A DNA stretch of 64,000 nucleotides from the NCBI GenBank assembly GCA_036676395.1, contig JAKFCY010000002.1:1056001-1120000 (forward strand), written 5' to 3'. This document shows, piece after piece, positions 10,427 to 19,200 of this stretch. Source of the DNA: Bdellovibrio sp. Its GTDB lineage: Bacteria > Bdellovibrionota > Bdellovibrionia > Bdellovibrionales > Bdellovibrionaceae. Each line of letters opens with the position of its first letter. Position 1 is the stretch's first letter. Made by a program: the position numbers and the translations under genes. Below the pieces are notes generated by a model. The model ran no database searches and was not told the origin of the DNA. It saw only the letters and a program-made list of their open reading frames with translations.

Positions 10427-10867
10427 ATGAGATTTTCACTTCTTATCACTTTACTATTTTTTTCATTTTTCAGCTGCCAGTCAATGAGCAGGAATTCTAA
10501 GTCAACAATTTCGGCGCCTAAAAAAACTGTGTCTACTAAATCGCCAGCGACAAAAATTGCAAAAAAAGTAGATACAGTTAAGCAACCTGCTGTAAATCCA
10601 GCGTTGGGGCAAAAAAGTATTTACGAAGAGTTAACCGGAAAAAAACGCGTGTCTGCGAAAAAAGCACCAACTCGTATTTTAGAACTGGCACGTGATGCGA
10701 AATGGAAACGTGATTACGTTACCGCGCTTAAAAGATACAACACGATTATAGTTAAATATCCAAAATCAAAAGAAGTGCGCCAAGCGTATTTAGATAAAGC
10801 AGCTTTGTACCGCGAGATGGGCTTATTGCAACAATCTAAATACAATATGGAGAAGGCTAAAAAATAA
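10427..10867 (+). CDS. Lipoprotein with a C-terminal TPR (BamD/CpoB-like)
   Basis: Signal peptide ending FFSC; DYVTALKRYNTIIVKYPKS TPR-like motif. Confidence 0.65.
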   Translation: MRFSLLITLLFFSFFSCQSMSRNSKSTISAPKKTVSTKSPATKIAKKVDTVKQPAVNPALGQKSIYEELTGKKRVSAKKAPTRILELARDAKWKRDYVTALKRYNTIIVKYPKSKEVRQAYLDKAALYREMGLLQQSKYNMEKAKK

Positions 10868-12441
10868 TGATTTGTCGCTTTAGAAAAAGCATCTTTGTAA
10901 CGGCAGCAGCAATCAGTTTTATTTTTCTTCCAGCCTTGAGCCAGGAAGACCCTGCTGCGCCATCTGCGCCTCCTCCTCCTCCTCCTGCGGCTCCAGCTGG
11001 TCAAGAGATGCCGGCAAGCCGGCCTAAATATGATATCGAATTAAATAAAGACAGTAGTTCATTTGTTCCGGATCCAGATTCGTTAGATCCGTTACCTTTA
11101 AAAAAAGAATCGTTAAAAGAAGACGATGAGCCTGTATTAGATGACATCAAATCGATTCTTAAAACTAAGGCTAAGAAGCCAAAAGCAGGTGCTGCTAAGC
11201 CTGGTGATGGTGCAGCTGCGGCTCCGGTAAAAAAAGCCAAGAAAAAAGTTACACGTAAAAAAGCTAAAAAATCTGCGCCGGTTGTTGATACTTCGAACTT
11301 ATCACCAGATGATCCAGATTTGGCTTTAGAACAAAAATTTAACGACATCTATAATAAGTATAATATCAATCCTACTTCTGATGATGTTTGGGGAGCCGCC
11401 TCAAGCAAAGCCGCTCAAGTGTATGACGTGCAAAAAGGCGATACGTTATTTACGATCAGCCGCACATTATTTGGTGATCCTCAATTTTGGCCAAAAATTT
11501 GGGCCTTAAACAATGGCGGCATTACAAATCCGCATAACATTGCGCCCGGAACTAAAATTTATTTTTATCCAGGTGATGGTGGAGCAGCCCCGTCAATGTC
11601 TGTGGGGAGTGAGTCTCCTGAACGTGCGGCATGGGTTGATCCTGATGCGCCCGTTATTCGTGATACGACAACGAAACAAAACACCGAATTTAATAAATTA
11701 GTTCAAGAAGGTGTTAAGGGTAAAACTGACGTGCAAAATATTCCGCCGAGTTTTCCGCCCTTTTCGGTGAGCTCGAAATATTTTGCGGCGGCTAAGTCGA
11801 CAAAATTTTTAATTACACCGGCAGCTGAAATCGTAGATCGTGATCCGGAAAACCCTTTTATTTTAACTTCGTCGATAATCACGACTGAATATAAGGTGAT
11901 GGAAAAAAATGCGAACTCGTTAGTTTGTAAAGATAACCAGTATGTTCCTGCGGTTCTTAAGATTGGCAAGAATGCAAAGCCCGGCCGCTACAGTATGTTG
12001 GTGCAAGAGAGTTTTAACTTTGGTCAGCTAAAACGTACGTATATTTATCGCATTATCGGCGAAGCGGATGTGGGCAGTGATGAATCGCTTCGTATTTCTC
12101 AGTGTATTAAACCGGTCAATACGGATGTGTTGCTGGTAAGCAGCGAAGATCTTGCTGAAGTAAAACCGCCGAGTGAGTTAATTCCCAATACCCGTTCACA
12201 GATTATTGAAGGTGTTGAAGTGAATGCTCAGCAGTATTATTATGCTCATCAATATGTGATCTTAAACATGAGTCAGTTGCCAGCCCTTGAAGGCGCTGAT
12301 TTAAAAGTCTATTCGGCATCAGCCGGTGGCGTCGTCGGAGAGATTCGTATTTTAAAACGCACGGGCACTATGGCTATTGGCTATGTGATGAATAACGATG
12401 ACCTGGTTCAGGTGGGTGATCGGGTGATTATTCCGGAATAG
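10867..12441 (+). CDS. Secreted LysM peptidoglycan-binding domain protein
   Basis: Signal peptide, Pro/Lys-rich linker, YDVQKGDTLFTIS...WPKIWALN..ITNPHNIAPG. Confidence 0.88.
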   Translation: MICRFRKSIFVTAAAISFIFLPALSQEDPAAPSAPPPPPPAAPAGQEMPASRPKYDIELNKDSSSFVPDPDSLDPLPLKKESLKEDDEPVLDDIKSILKTKAKKPKAGAAKPGDGAAAAPVKKAKKKVTRKKAKKSAPVVDTSNLSPDDPDLALEQKFNDIYNKYNINPTSDDVWGAASSKAAQVYDVQKGDTLFTISRTLFGDPQFWPKIWALNNGGITNPHNIAPGTKIYFYPGDGGAAPSMSVGSESPERAAWVDPDAPVIRDTTTKQNTEFNKLVQEGVKGKTDVQNIPPSFPPFSVSSKYFAAAKSTKFLITPAAEIVDRDPENPFILTSSIITTEYKVMEKNANSLVCKDNQYVPAVLKIGKNAKPGRYSMLVQESFNFGQLKRTYIYRIIGEADVGSDESLRISQCIKPVNTDVLLVSSEDLAEVKPPSELIPNTRSQIIEGVEVNAQQYYYAHQYVILNMSQLPALEGADLKVYSASAGGVVGEIRILKRTGTMAIGYVMNNDDLVQVGDRVIIPE

Positions 12442-12461
12442 TTATTGAAACAACTACGGTT

Positions 12462-13313
12462 ATGAAAAAAGCCGTACTGTTTAAAGCCCTGCAAAGACAT
12501 TTAGGATTCCGTAATCCGGATTCTATCTTACAAATCACACCTGAAATTATAAATAAGCTGGCGCCGCAAGAATTGATCTTGAGTGAGCGTTATTTGCTGA
12601 GTCTAAAAGACAAAGGCATTCAGTTTACTTATCCGGGCGATGCGCTTTATCCCGCAAGTTTTTATCAAATGTTAGAGCCACCATTATTTTTAGAGTACGT
12701 CGGTGAGCCCGTGTGGATGCATAAACAAATTCTGGCCATTGTCGGCGCGCGAAAAATTCATCCGTTTACAGATCGTTGGCTGCGCTTTGAGATTCCACTG
12801 TTTTTAGAAGCTAGGCCTGATATAGCCATTGCCAGCGGTGGCGCTGTTGGCGTTGATCAGTGTGCGCATACTGTGGCGATTAAATCAGATCGGCCGACGA
12901 TTGTGGTCTTGCCGTGCGGGTTAGAGAATTTGTTTCCGAAAAATTTAAATACATTGAAGAAATTAGTTTTGCAAACGGGTGGATGTTTTTTATCTGAATT
13001 CGAGAGTGAACAAAGTGTGCGTAAACATCTTTTCTTTTTTCGAAATCGTTTAATTACCGCGTTAGCGCAAGTCACGATGGTGGCGCAGGCTGAAAAAAAG
13101 AGTGGAAGTTTTCTTACAGTTCATCACGCACTTCAAAATGGACGCACGATGGTAACTCTTCCTGCGCATCCGATGATGTTTGAATTTTCTGGAAACCAAC
13201 ATTTAATGCGTGAAGGGTGTTTCTATGTGCTTACAAACAAGGATTTGCTTAATTTTTGGGAGGCTGAATGTTGGTCTGGTCGGGGTTTGACACTAGATAT
13301 AGACCGCATTTAG
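12462..13313 (+). CDS. dprA: DNA-processing protein DprA/Smf
   Basis: YP..F....PPLFL, AIVGAR, SGGAVGVD, FRNRLI, KSGS. Confidence 0.92.
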   Translation: MKKAVLFKALQRHLGFRNPDSILQITPEIINKLAPQELILSERYLLSLKDKGIQFTYPGDALYPASFYQMLEPPLFLEYVGEPVWMHKQILAIVGARKIHPFTDRWLRFEIPLFLEARPDIAIASGGAVGVDQCAHTVAIKSDRPTIVVLPCGLENLFPKNLNTLKKLVLQTGGCFLSEFESEQSVRKHLFFFRNRLITALAQVTMVAQAEKKSGSFLTVHHALQNGRTMVTLPAHPMMFEFSGNQHLMREGCFYVLTNKDLLNFWEAECWSGRGLTLDIDRI

Positions 13314-13404
13314 TTAAATTGCTTGACCCCTGCCACTAGGTCTAGTGAAGGCAGTGACTAAGGTCAATATTCTTCAGAAAAGTGAAATAATCTAAAAAAA
13401 CCTA

Positions 13405-13434
13405 TTGAGAAAAAAAGAAAGATGCATCTAAAAT
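13405..13434 (+). promoter_or_regulatory. Putative sigma70 promoter of the downstream sRNA
   Basis: TTGAGA-N18-TAAAAT ending 6 nt before the structured RNA at 13441. Confidence 0.55.
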
Positions 13435-13440
13435 AATAAT

Positions 13441-13555
13441 AAGGGAGGGGCGATGTGGTCATGGATGACCCTGGTTGTATGGATGCAGCTACATCGTTCC
13501 GTTTTTCTTAAATTTAAAAATTACAAAGACGAAGTCACTCTTCGTCTTTTTTTTT
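13441..13555 (+). ncRNA. TwoAYGGAY-like / CsrA(RsmA)-binding small RNA candidate
   Basis: Closing stem GGGGCGATGT/ACATCGTTCC encloses two hairpins, each with an ATGGAT loop (13461-66, 13479-84); followed by an intrinsic terminator. Confidence 0.72.
13525..13555 (+). terminator. Intrinsic terminator
   Basis: AAAGACGAAG-TCACT-CTTCGTCTTT followed by a T run. Confidence 0.85.
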
Positions 13556-13577
13556 GTCTTTTTTCTATTCGGGATTC

Positions 13578-14675
13578 TTACGATAATTTTTTGTGAATTT
13601 GGTTAGCCGATACGACAGCGAAAATAAAATTCGCCACCCATGGGCCCATGTAAGGTGGAAGTCTTTGGCTGCGTGATAAGCCTTCGAAGGCAATGTAAAC
13701 AATAAAGTACCCGACGATAAAAGCCACCGACACCACAAAGCCGGATGACTTGCCAGAACGGCGATCGTTGATGACTCCGTAACCAACGCCGACTAACCCG
13801 AAAATCAAGCAGGCAGCGGCTAAGGCGAATCTTTTGTGAAACTCAACAGCGAAGCCGACCTTTTCATTATCTTTGAGTGTGGCGTCGTTTAAGCGCTCTT
13901 GTAACTCGTTATAGTTTAATGAGGGCGGAGATTTTTTACGTTCTTCAAATTTAACCGGATCGTTTAATAAAACATCGTAAGAATCAAATTCAACGACAGT
14001 GTGAGCCTGGCCGCGACGATGAATCTGGCCTTTGAATAAACGCAACAACACGCTGTGACCTGGGTTGTCTAAATCAGGAATGATATGACCTTGCGGTGCG
14101 ATGATGGTTAAGGGCGAACTTGGATTTTTATCATCGTAAATAAATAAATCCTGAAGTAGGCCTTCTTCTGAATTCACTTTATTGGCGTAAATCACCATAT
14201 CAAAAAAGCCTTCTGAAAAAGTGCCCTCTTTGATGCTGGCAGCGGCTTTGGTGTTGCCAAGGTGAGTGATTAATAATTCGAATTGGCGATTTCCCCATGG
14301 GGCAACATAGAATGCAGTTTGCGCTGAGAGAACACTGATCACCAAAGCAAAGGCTACGGCCGGAGCCAGAATTGTGCCCCCGTGATAGCCAGCGCCTTTA
14401 AGGGCGATGATTTCAGAATCAAGAGATGCGCGGTTGTATGTCATCAGAATCGCAAACAGCAGCGACATCGGTAAGATCATCGGTAAGAATGAAATGCTCA
14501 TATAACCCATGATGTCTAAAATAAATGAAAATTTAATTCCATGAACTAAGACGAATTCAGTTAGACGAAGGGCTTGAAACATCAACAAGATCGAAATAAA
14601 TACCAACACACCCAGAATAAAGGTGGGAACCATTTCAGAGAGTAAATAAAAAAATACGCGGCGTGATTTCCACAT
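13578..14675 (-). CDS. lptF: LPS export ABC permease, LptF/LptG family (LptF-like)
   Basis: 3 TM + beta-rich periplasmic domain + 3 TM; LPMSLL, DSEIIAL, EFHKRFAL motifs. Confidence 0.85.
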   Translation of the reverse strand: MWKSRRVFFYLLSEMVPTFILGVLVFISILLMFQALRLTEFVLVHGIKFSFILDIMGYMSISFLPMILPMSLLFAILMTYNRASLDSEIIALKGAGYHGGTILAPAVAFALVISVLSAQTAFYVAPWGNRQFELLITHLGNTKAAASIKEGTFSEGFFDMVIYANKVNSEEGLLQDLFIYDDKNPSSPLTIIAPQGHIIPDLDNPGHSVLLRLFKGQIHRRGQAHTVVEFDSYDVLLNDPVKFEERKKSPPSLNYNELQERLNDATLKDNEKVGFAVEFHKRFALAAACLIFGLVGVGYGVINDRRSGKSSGFVVSVAFIVGYFIVYIAFEGLSRSQRLPPYMGPWVANFIFAVVSANQIHKKLS

Positions 14676-14735
14676 CTCGAGATAGTATAAATAATTTCTT
14701 TGCTATCGTCATTGGTTGGATTCTAGAATAGACCT

Positions 14736-15536
14736 ATGGATAGAGTACTTATCGTCACAGAAGAAGCCGTTTTTGCCTCGCATGTAGAAAAAACTCTGAT
14801 CGAGGTCGGCTTTGAAGCGGCTTTATTGAATAACGAAAATGGTTTGCAGCATAAAATTTTTGAATTCCAGCCAGATATTGTTGTTGTAAAAGGTGGTTCG
14901 GCCAAGCTTTCTTCGATGCGCGTTGGCCAAGTTTTAAAAGAAATCATCAAATACCAAGGTAAAGTCATTCTGATTTTAAATAAAAATCAAAACATTGATC
15001 CCCATGATATTAACCGCGTAAAAATGGATTATTTGTTATTTGAACCAGTTGGCGCAGTTAAAGTAGTTTCTCATGTTTTGAACCTAGTCACCGAACATCG
15101 CGATGCTATTCGTGGGCGTCTGCAGAAAATCGCTGACAGTGATCCCAACTTTCGCAAACAAGAAGAAAACTTTATGGTTTCTGGAAAAAATGCGGATCAC
15201 GAGATGATTCATGTGACCGGTAAGGCAGATAAAACCGCAGTGACCCATGTTAAAAGTAAAGAAGGCCTCGCTCACGAAGAGATGCAGCATATCAAGGAGC
15301 AGTTCGAGAAAGAATTGATTGATAATGAGGCGTTACACCACAAGAAAATAGAGGCTTACGATAATGCTATCAGTAATCTCGATGCAGACTTGAAGTTAGG
15401 CCATAAAAAGAGGCATGCTAATGAGAAGCAAAAGGCATTACGCAAGGAGCTTCTGGTTGATCCTGGCCAAGAAAAGTTGGACAGTCTAGATCAGGATCGC
15501 CGAAAGTTTGCGATCGCTTTAACAAAAAAGAGGTAG
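14736..15536 (+). CDS. Hypothetical protein with a degenerate N-terminal receiver-like domain
   Basis: RVLIVTEE..FQPDIVVV..VILI..EP receiver topology without the canonical phospho-Asp; charged helical C-terminus. Confidence 0.55.
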   Translation: MDRVLIVTEEAVFASHVEKTLIEVGFEAALLNNENGLQHKIFEFQPDIVVVKGGSAKLSSMRVGQVLKEIIKYQGKVILILNKNQNIDPHDINRVKMDYLLFEPVGAVKVVSHVLNLVTEHRDAIRGRLQKIADSDPNFRKQEENFMVSGKNADHEMIHVTGKADKTAVTHVKSKEGLAHEEMQHIKEQFEKELIDNEALHHKKIEAYDNAISNLDADLKLGHKKRHANEKQKALRKELLVDPGQEKLDSLDQDRRKFAIALTKKR

Positions 15537-15566
15537 GTCGCGCCGCAGGCGCACAAAGGGGTAAAC

Positions 15567-15890
15567 GTGGCAAAAACACAACCAGTAACAGATTCAAGTT
15601 TTCAAACTGACGTATTAAACTCTTCAACTCCAGTTCTTGTAGATTTCTGGGCTGAGTGGTGTGCACCCTGCCGCGCTCTAGGTCCAAAACTAGAAGAAGT
15701 CGCTACTGAATTAGAAGGTAAAGTTAAAATCGTAAAAATGAACGTTGATGAAAATCCAGCGACACCAGGCCAATTTGGTATTCGCGGAATTCCAGCAATG
15801 CTTTTATTCAAAGACGGAAAACAAGTGGGCGAGTTAGTTGGAAATCATCCAAAAGAACGCATCACTGAATTTTTAACGACGCACGCTTAA
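15567..15890 (+). CDS. trxA: Thioredoxin
   Basis: VLVDFWAEWCAPC, GIPA. Confidence 0.97.
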   Translation: MAKTQPVTDSSFQTDVLNSSTPVLVDFWAEWCAPCRALGPKLEEVATELEGKVKIVKMNVDENPATPGQFGIRGIPAMLLFKDGKQVGELVGNHPKERITEFLTTHA

Positions 15891-15927
15891 TTGCACTTAA
15901 TTTAAAAAATTAGTTTAGGAAAAAGTC

Positions 15928-16194
15928 ATGAGCCAAACAGTAAAAGTAACAATGGTTAAAAAAAATCCGTGTCCTTATTGTGAACGGGCTATGACTTTTT
16001 TCGATAACCGCGGCATCAAAGTAGACATCATTGATTTAACTGGAAAACCAGACGAGTTAATGGAGTGGAAAACGAAAACCGGGTGGATGACAGTTCCAAT
16101 CATCATGATCAATGATCAACTTATCGGTGGATACACTGATCTAAAAGCCTTAGACGAAGAGGGCAAGTTAAATCCTCTTTTAGGCATCGCCTAA
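15928..16194 (+). CDS. Glutaredoxin
   Basis: CPYC, TVP, IGGYTDL. Confidence 0.95.
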   Translation: MSQTVKVTMVKKNPCPYCERAMTFFDNRGIKVDIIDLTGKPDELMEWKTKTGWMTVPIIMINDQLIGGYTDLKALDEEGKLNPLLGIA

Positions 16195-16593
16195 ATAAAT
16201 TAAGTTAAATCTTTTTTGCAATCCGGATGCATTGTTCTTTAATCCCATTCTGGCTAGATTGCGTGCTAGTTTTGATCTCGCGCTCGATGCTGAAACTAAA
16301 AGATTAAATCGACATCTTTCCTCATAGGTTAAGCGAAGCTTTCGCGAAATAGTCTCAGCTTTTTTGCGAGAGAGGCCTTTCTTGTTTCTAAAAATGCGAC
16401 TTAAATGGATCGGGTCGAGTTTAAGATCTGCCGCGAATGAGCGTAAAGAGTAAAATGAATTGGTTTTTCTACGTAAGTGAAACTCTTCTTTAAGAATATT
16501 AATATAAAGCAATCTATCCATGACTAAGGATTTTTTTTGCTCACGATTTTTAGCATAGGCCAATTTTGATTTCATCTTTTTTTGATCGTTCAT
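16180..16593 (-). CDS. Short HTH protein (TIGR02147-type N-terminal domain only); start uncertain
   Basis: RRKTNSFYSLRSFAADLKLDPIHLSRIFRNKKGLS; paralogue of 58225-58617. Confidence 0.7.
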   Translation of the reverse strand: MNDQKKMKSKLAYAKNREQKKSLVMDRLLYINILKEEFHLRRKTNSFYSLRSFAADLKLDPIHLSRIFRNKKGLSRKKAETISRKLRLTYEERCRFNLLVSASSARSKLARNLARMGLKNNASGLQKRFNLIYLGDA

Positions 16594-16676
16594 GCGGAAT
16601 GATAGATGCAAAAAAAGCGGCATAACTCTCAGTTGTTTTTAGATCAGTAGAGTGACGAGAATGATGGTGGTCCGGC

Positions 16677-16703
16677 TTATCGGATCTAATAGCGGATGTT
16701 TTA
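16677..16703 (-). promoter_or_regulatory. Sigma28 (FliA)-type promoter
   Basis: Minus strand TAAA-N15-TCCGATAA; one mismatch to the TAAA-N15-GCCGATAA consensus. Confidence 0.75.
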
Positions 16704-16708
16704 GTAAT

Positions 16709-16765
16709 TGCTTATTAAACGACGCTCGTACTTTGGGACTACATTGTAGTCTGAAAGTACGAGTG
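16709..16765. repeat. Intergenic palindromic element, copy 2
   Basis: TGCTTATTAAACGA followed by the 43-bp palindrome CGCTCGTACTTTGGGACTACATTGTAGTCTGAAAGTACGAGTG (16723-16765). Confidence 0.8.
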
Positions 16766-16776
16766 CCGAAAAGGGT

Positions 16777-17793
16777 CTAACTTAATAGTTTTTCTAAATG
16801 GGATTTGAATTCGATGGGTTTTTTGTGAATTTTTACCTGGTCGAAAACTTCTCGGGCTTTTGGTGAGGCTAATCTTAATTGGCTTAACCATTGTTTGGTG
16901 CGTGCTGTGGCGAAGTGATCATTTACATAGATGGTGCAAGCGTTGAAGAACGGTACGATTAAGGCTAGAGATTCCTCTTTGTTTGTAGAGAGGTTGTCAT
17001 TTGGAAATTCAGTTATCGCCTTAGCTGCTAAGTGGGCTTTTATATCTTTAAATATATATGGATTTCTTAGAGCCCCGCGGCCGATCATGAAATCTTGGCA
17101 GTCGGTTTCGGTTTTGCATTTTTCGAAATCGCCGATATTCCAGATTTCTCCGTTGGCGATGATTTTTACTTTTGTGGTCTGTTTGATTTTTGGAATCCAT
17201 TCCCAGTAGGCTGGTGGCTTGTAGCCGTCGGTTTTTGTTCGGCAATGAACTGTAACCCACGTTGCACCTGCGTCTTCGCAGGCTTTGACGTTATCTAAGC
17301 TTGCGCTTGGATCATCGAAGCCTAATCTTACTTTGGCGGTGACGGGTGTTGATAGCGGAACTGCTTTTCTAACTGTTTCTACGATTTTAAAAACTCGGTC
17401 GGTGCATTTTAGTAAACTGGCACCGCCGTCGTGGCGATTTACGGTTTTTGCTGGGCAGCCGAAATTGAGATCGATGCCTAGGGCTCCCATTTCATGGGCG
17501 CGCAATGCGTTTTCGGCTAAGGGGCCGGGTTGTCCGCCTAAGAGTTGCACGAATACGGGAGTTCCGCTTCTGGTTTTTGAACCCGTGGCTAATTCTGGAC
17601 AATTGCGTTCGAAAACTTTGTACGGGTGAAGCTTGTCGGTGACGCGTAGAAATTCGGTCACGCATTGATCGATGCCGCCAAGACTAGTTAGTAAATCACG
17701 CATGGCCCAATCAGTTACACCTTCCATCGGAGCGAGAAAAAGTTTTGCTGGGGCGGTGCCCTGATTTTGACTAGGTGACATGTTAAGCGACAT
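16777..17793 (-). CDS. dusC: tRNA-dihydrouridine synthase (DusC-like)
   Basis: LAPMEG, IDLNFGCP, KVRLG, HCRT, NGEI, MIGRG. Confidence 0.88.
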   Translation of the reverse strand: MSLNMSPSQNQGTAPAKLFLAPMEGVTDWAMRDLLTSLGGIDQCVTEFLRVTDKLHPYKVFERNCPELATGSKTRSGTPVFVQLLGGQPGPLAENALRAHEMGALGIDLNFGCPAKTVNRHDGGASLLKCTDRVFKIVETVRKAVPLSTPVTAKVRLGFDDPSASLDNVKACEDAGATWVTVHCRTKTDGYKPPAYWEWIPKIKQTTKVKIIANGEIWNIGDFEKCKTETDCQDFMIGRGALRNPYIFKDIKAHLAAKAITEFPNDNLSTNKEESLALIVPFFNACTIYVNDHFATARTKQWLSQLRLASPKAREVFDQVKIHKKPIEFKSHLEKLLS

Positions 17794-17807
17794 GCCTTAG
17801 GTAATAG

Positions 17808-18260
17808 CTATTTTTGTCCGAGTTTGCAAATGTGTTCGAATTCGGCTTTGGTCACAGGGCTTACAGAAAGTCGGCCTTGCTTGAGTAAAATCATCTCTTT
17901 TAGCTTAGGGTCGTGTTTAATTTGATCTAAGCTTATGAGCTGCTTAAAAGTGCTGTGATATTTAATTTCAGTGCAAAACCAGATTGGTTTTTCTTTGGTA
18001 GCTTTTTCAGCGTAGTATTCTGATTTTTTATCAAATTGGAGTTTATCTGGTTGGGCTAACTGGCTGACCTCGGCGATGCCGATGACTCCAGAAGGCTCTG
18101 CATTTGAGTGATAAAATAGAACTTGATCGCCAATTTCCATGCTTTGCATGAAATTGCGAGCCGTGTAGTTACGCACACCTGTCCACCAAGTGGTTTTGTC
18201 TTTTTTTAGATGCTCAATCGAGAATACATCAGGTTCTGATTTCATTAGCCAATACTTCAT
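17808..18260 (-). CDS. EVE domain protein
   Basis: YWLMKSEP, WTGVRNY, FYHSN, RLSVSPV. Confidence 0.95.
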   Translation of the reverse strand: MKYWLMKSEPDVFSIEHLKKDKTTWWTGVRNYTARNFMQSMEIGDQVLFYHSNAEPSGVIGIAEVSQLAQPDKLQFDKKSEYYAEKATKEKPIWFCTEIKYHSTFKQLISLDQIKHDPKLKEMILLKQGRLSVSPVTKAEFEHICKLGQK

Positions 18261-18327
18261 AACTTTATTGCTAACACAGCTTATTGAAGATTTGCATCTT
18301 TAACTTCTTAGGTTAAGATTTTGGCTC

Positions 18328-19188
18328 ATGAAAAAAGCAGTAAAATCGACAAAAACTAATGTTAAATCAAAAGTGAAAACAAACGCTAATTATACTTTAA
18401 TTACCGGAGCTTCTTCGGGAATTGGTGAACAGCTTAGTTATCTATTAGCCAAAGAAAATAAATCTTTAGTGCTTGTGGCTCGTCGTTTAGAGCGCCTTAA
18501 AAAAATTCAGGCGCAATGTATGAAATTGGGCGCTGCTGATGTGCAAATTTTTTCTTGTGATGTTGCTGATAAAAAATCTGTTTTATTAGCTGCTAAGAAA
18601 ATTAAATCTACTGTCGTGAATAAAAAATCTCTTCAGGTGGGTACACTGATTAACAATGCGGGTTTAGCTGCGGGCACAGAATTAGTGCAAGCTGCTAAAA
18701 CGCGTGATTGGGATCAGATGATTGATACCAATGTAAAAGGCCTGTTGTGGCTTACGCGTGAATTTTTTGATTCAATAATTTCTGAGCAAGGTCATATTGT
18801 GAACATGGGTTCAGTGGCTGGTCGCCTAGTTTATGAAGGTGGCGCCGTGTACTGTGCAAGCAAATTTGCGGTGCGTGCTTTATCTGAAGGCTTTCGTATG
18901 GACCTTAAAGGCACGGGTGTGCGAGTGACAAACATCGAGCCGGGAATGGTGAACAGTGAATTTAGTCTAGTTCGCTTAGGAAATCAGCAAAAAGCCGATG
19001 CGATTTACTCTGAAATGTCGCCGCTGAGCCCCTTGGACATCGCGCAAAATATTTTGTGGTGTTTGAGTCAACCTGCGCATGTTAATATTCAAGAGCTTGT
19101 TATTTATCCGACCGATCAGGCCAGCGTTGGCCAAGTAGTTCGCGGTGAGAAAAGTATTAAGAATTTAAAGTCTAAAATTAAAATCTAA
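18328..19188 (+). CDS. NADP-dependent SDR oxidoreductase (YdfG-like)
   Basis: TGASSGIG, NNAG, YCASK, IEPGMV. Confidence 0.92.
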   Translation: MKKAVKSTKTNVKSKVKTNANYTLITGASSGIGEQLSYLLAKENKSLVLVARRLERLKKIQAQCMKLGAADVQIFSCDVADKKSVLLAAKKIKSTVVNKKSLQVGTLINNAGLAAGTELVQAAKTRDWDQMIDTNVKGLLWLTREFFDSIISEQGHIVNMGSVAGRLVYEGGAVYCASKFAVRALSEGFRMDLKGTGVRVTNIEPGMVNSEFSLVRLGNQQKADAIYSEMSPLSPLDIAQNILWCLSQPAHVNIQELVIYPTDQASVGQVVRGEKSIKNLKSKIKI

Positions 19189-19200
19189 AAGGAAATAGTT

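Noticed and set aside
10969..10986. (CCT)6 tract as a phase-variation site
   Set aside because: In-frame triplet repeat encoding a poly-Pro linker; slippage would not shift the frame.
16777..18260. EVE-Dus pair as a defence or modification system
   Set aside because: Both look like ordinary stand-alone housekeeping proteins; no nuclease or other defence gene is adjacent.
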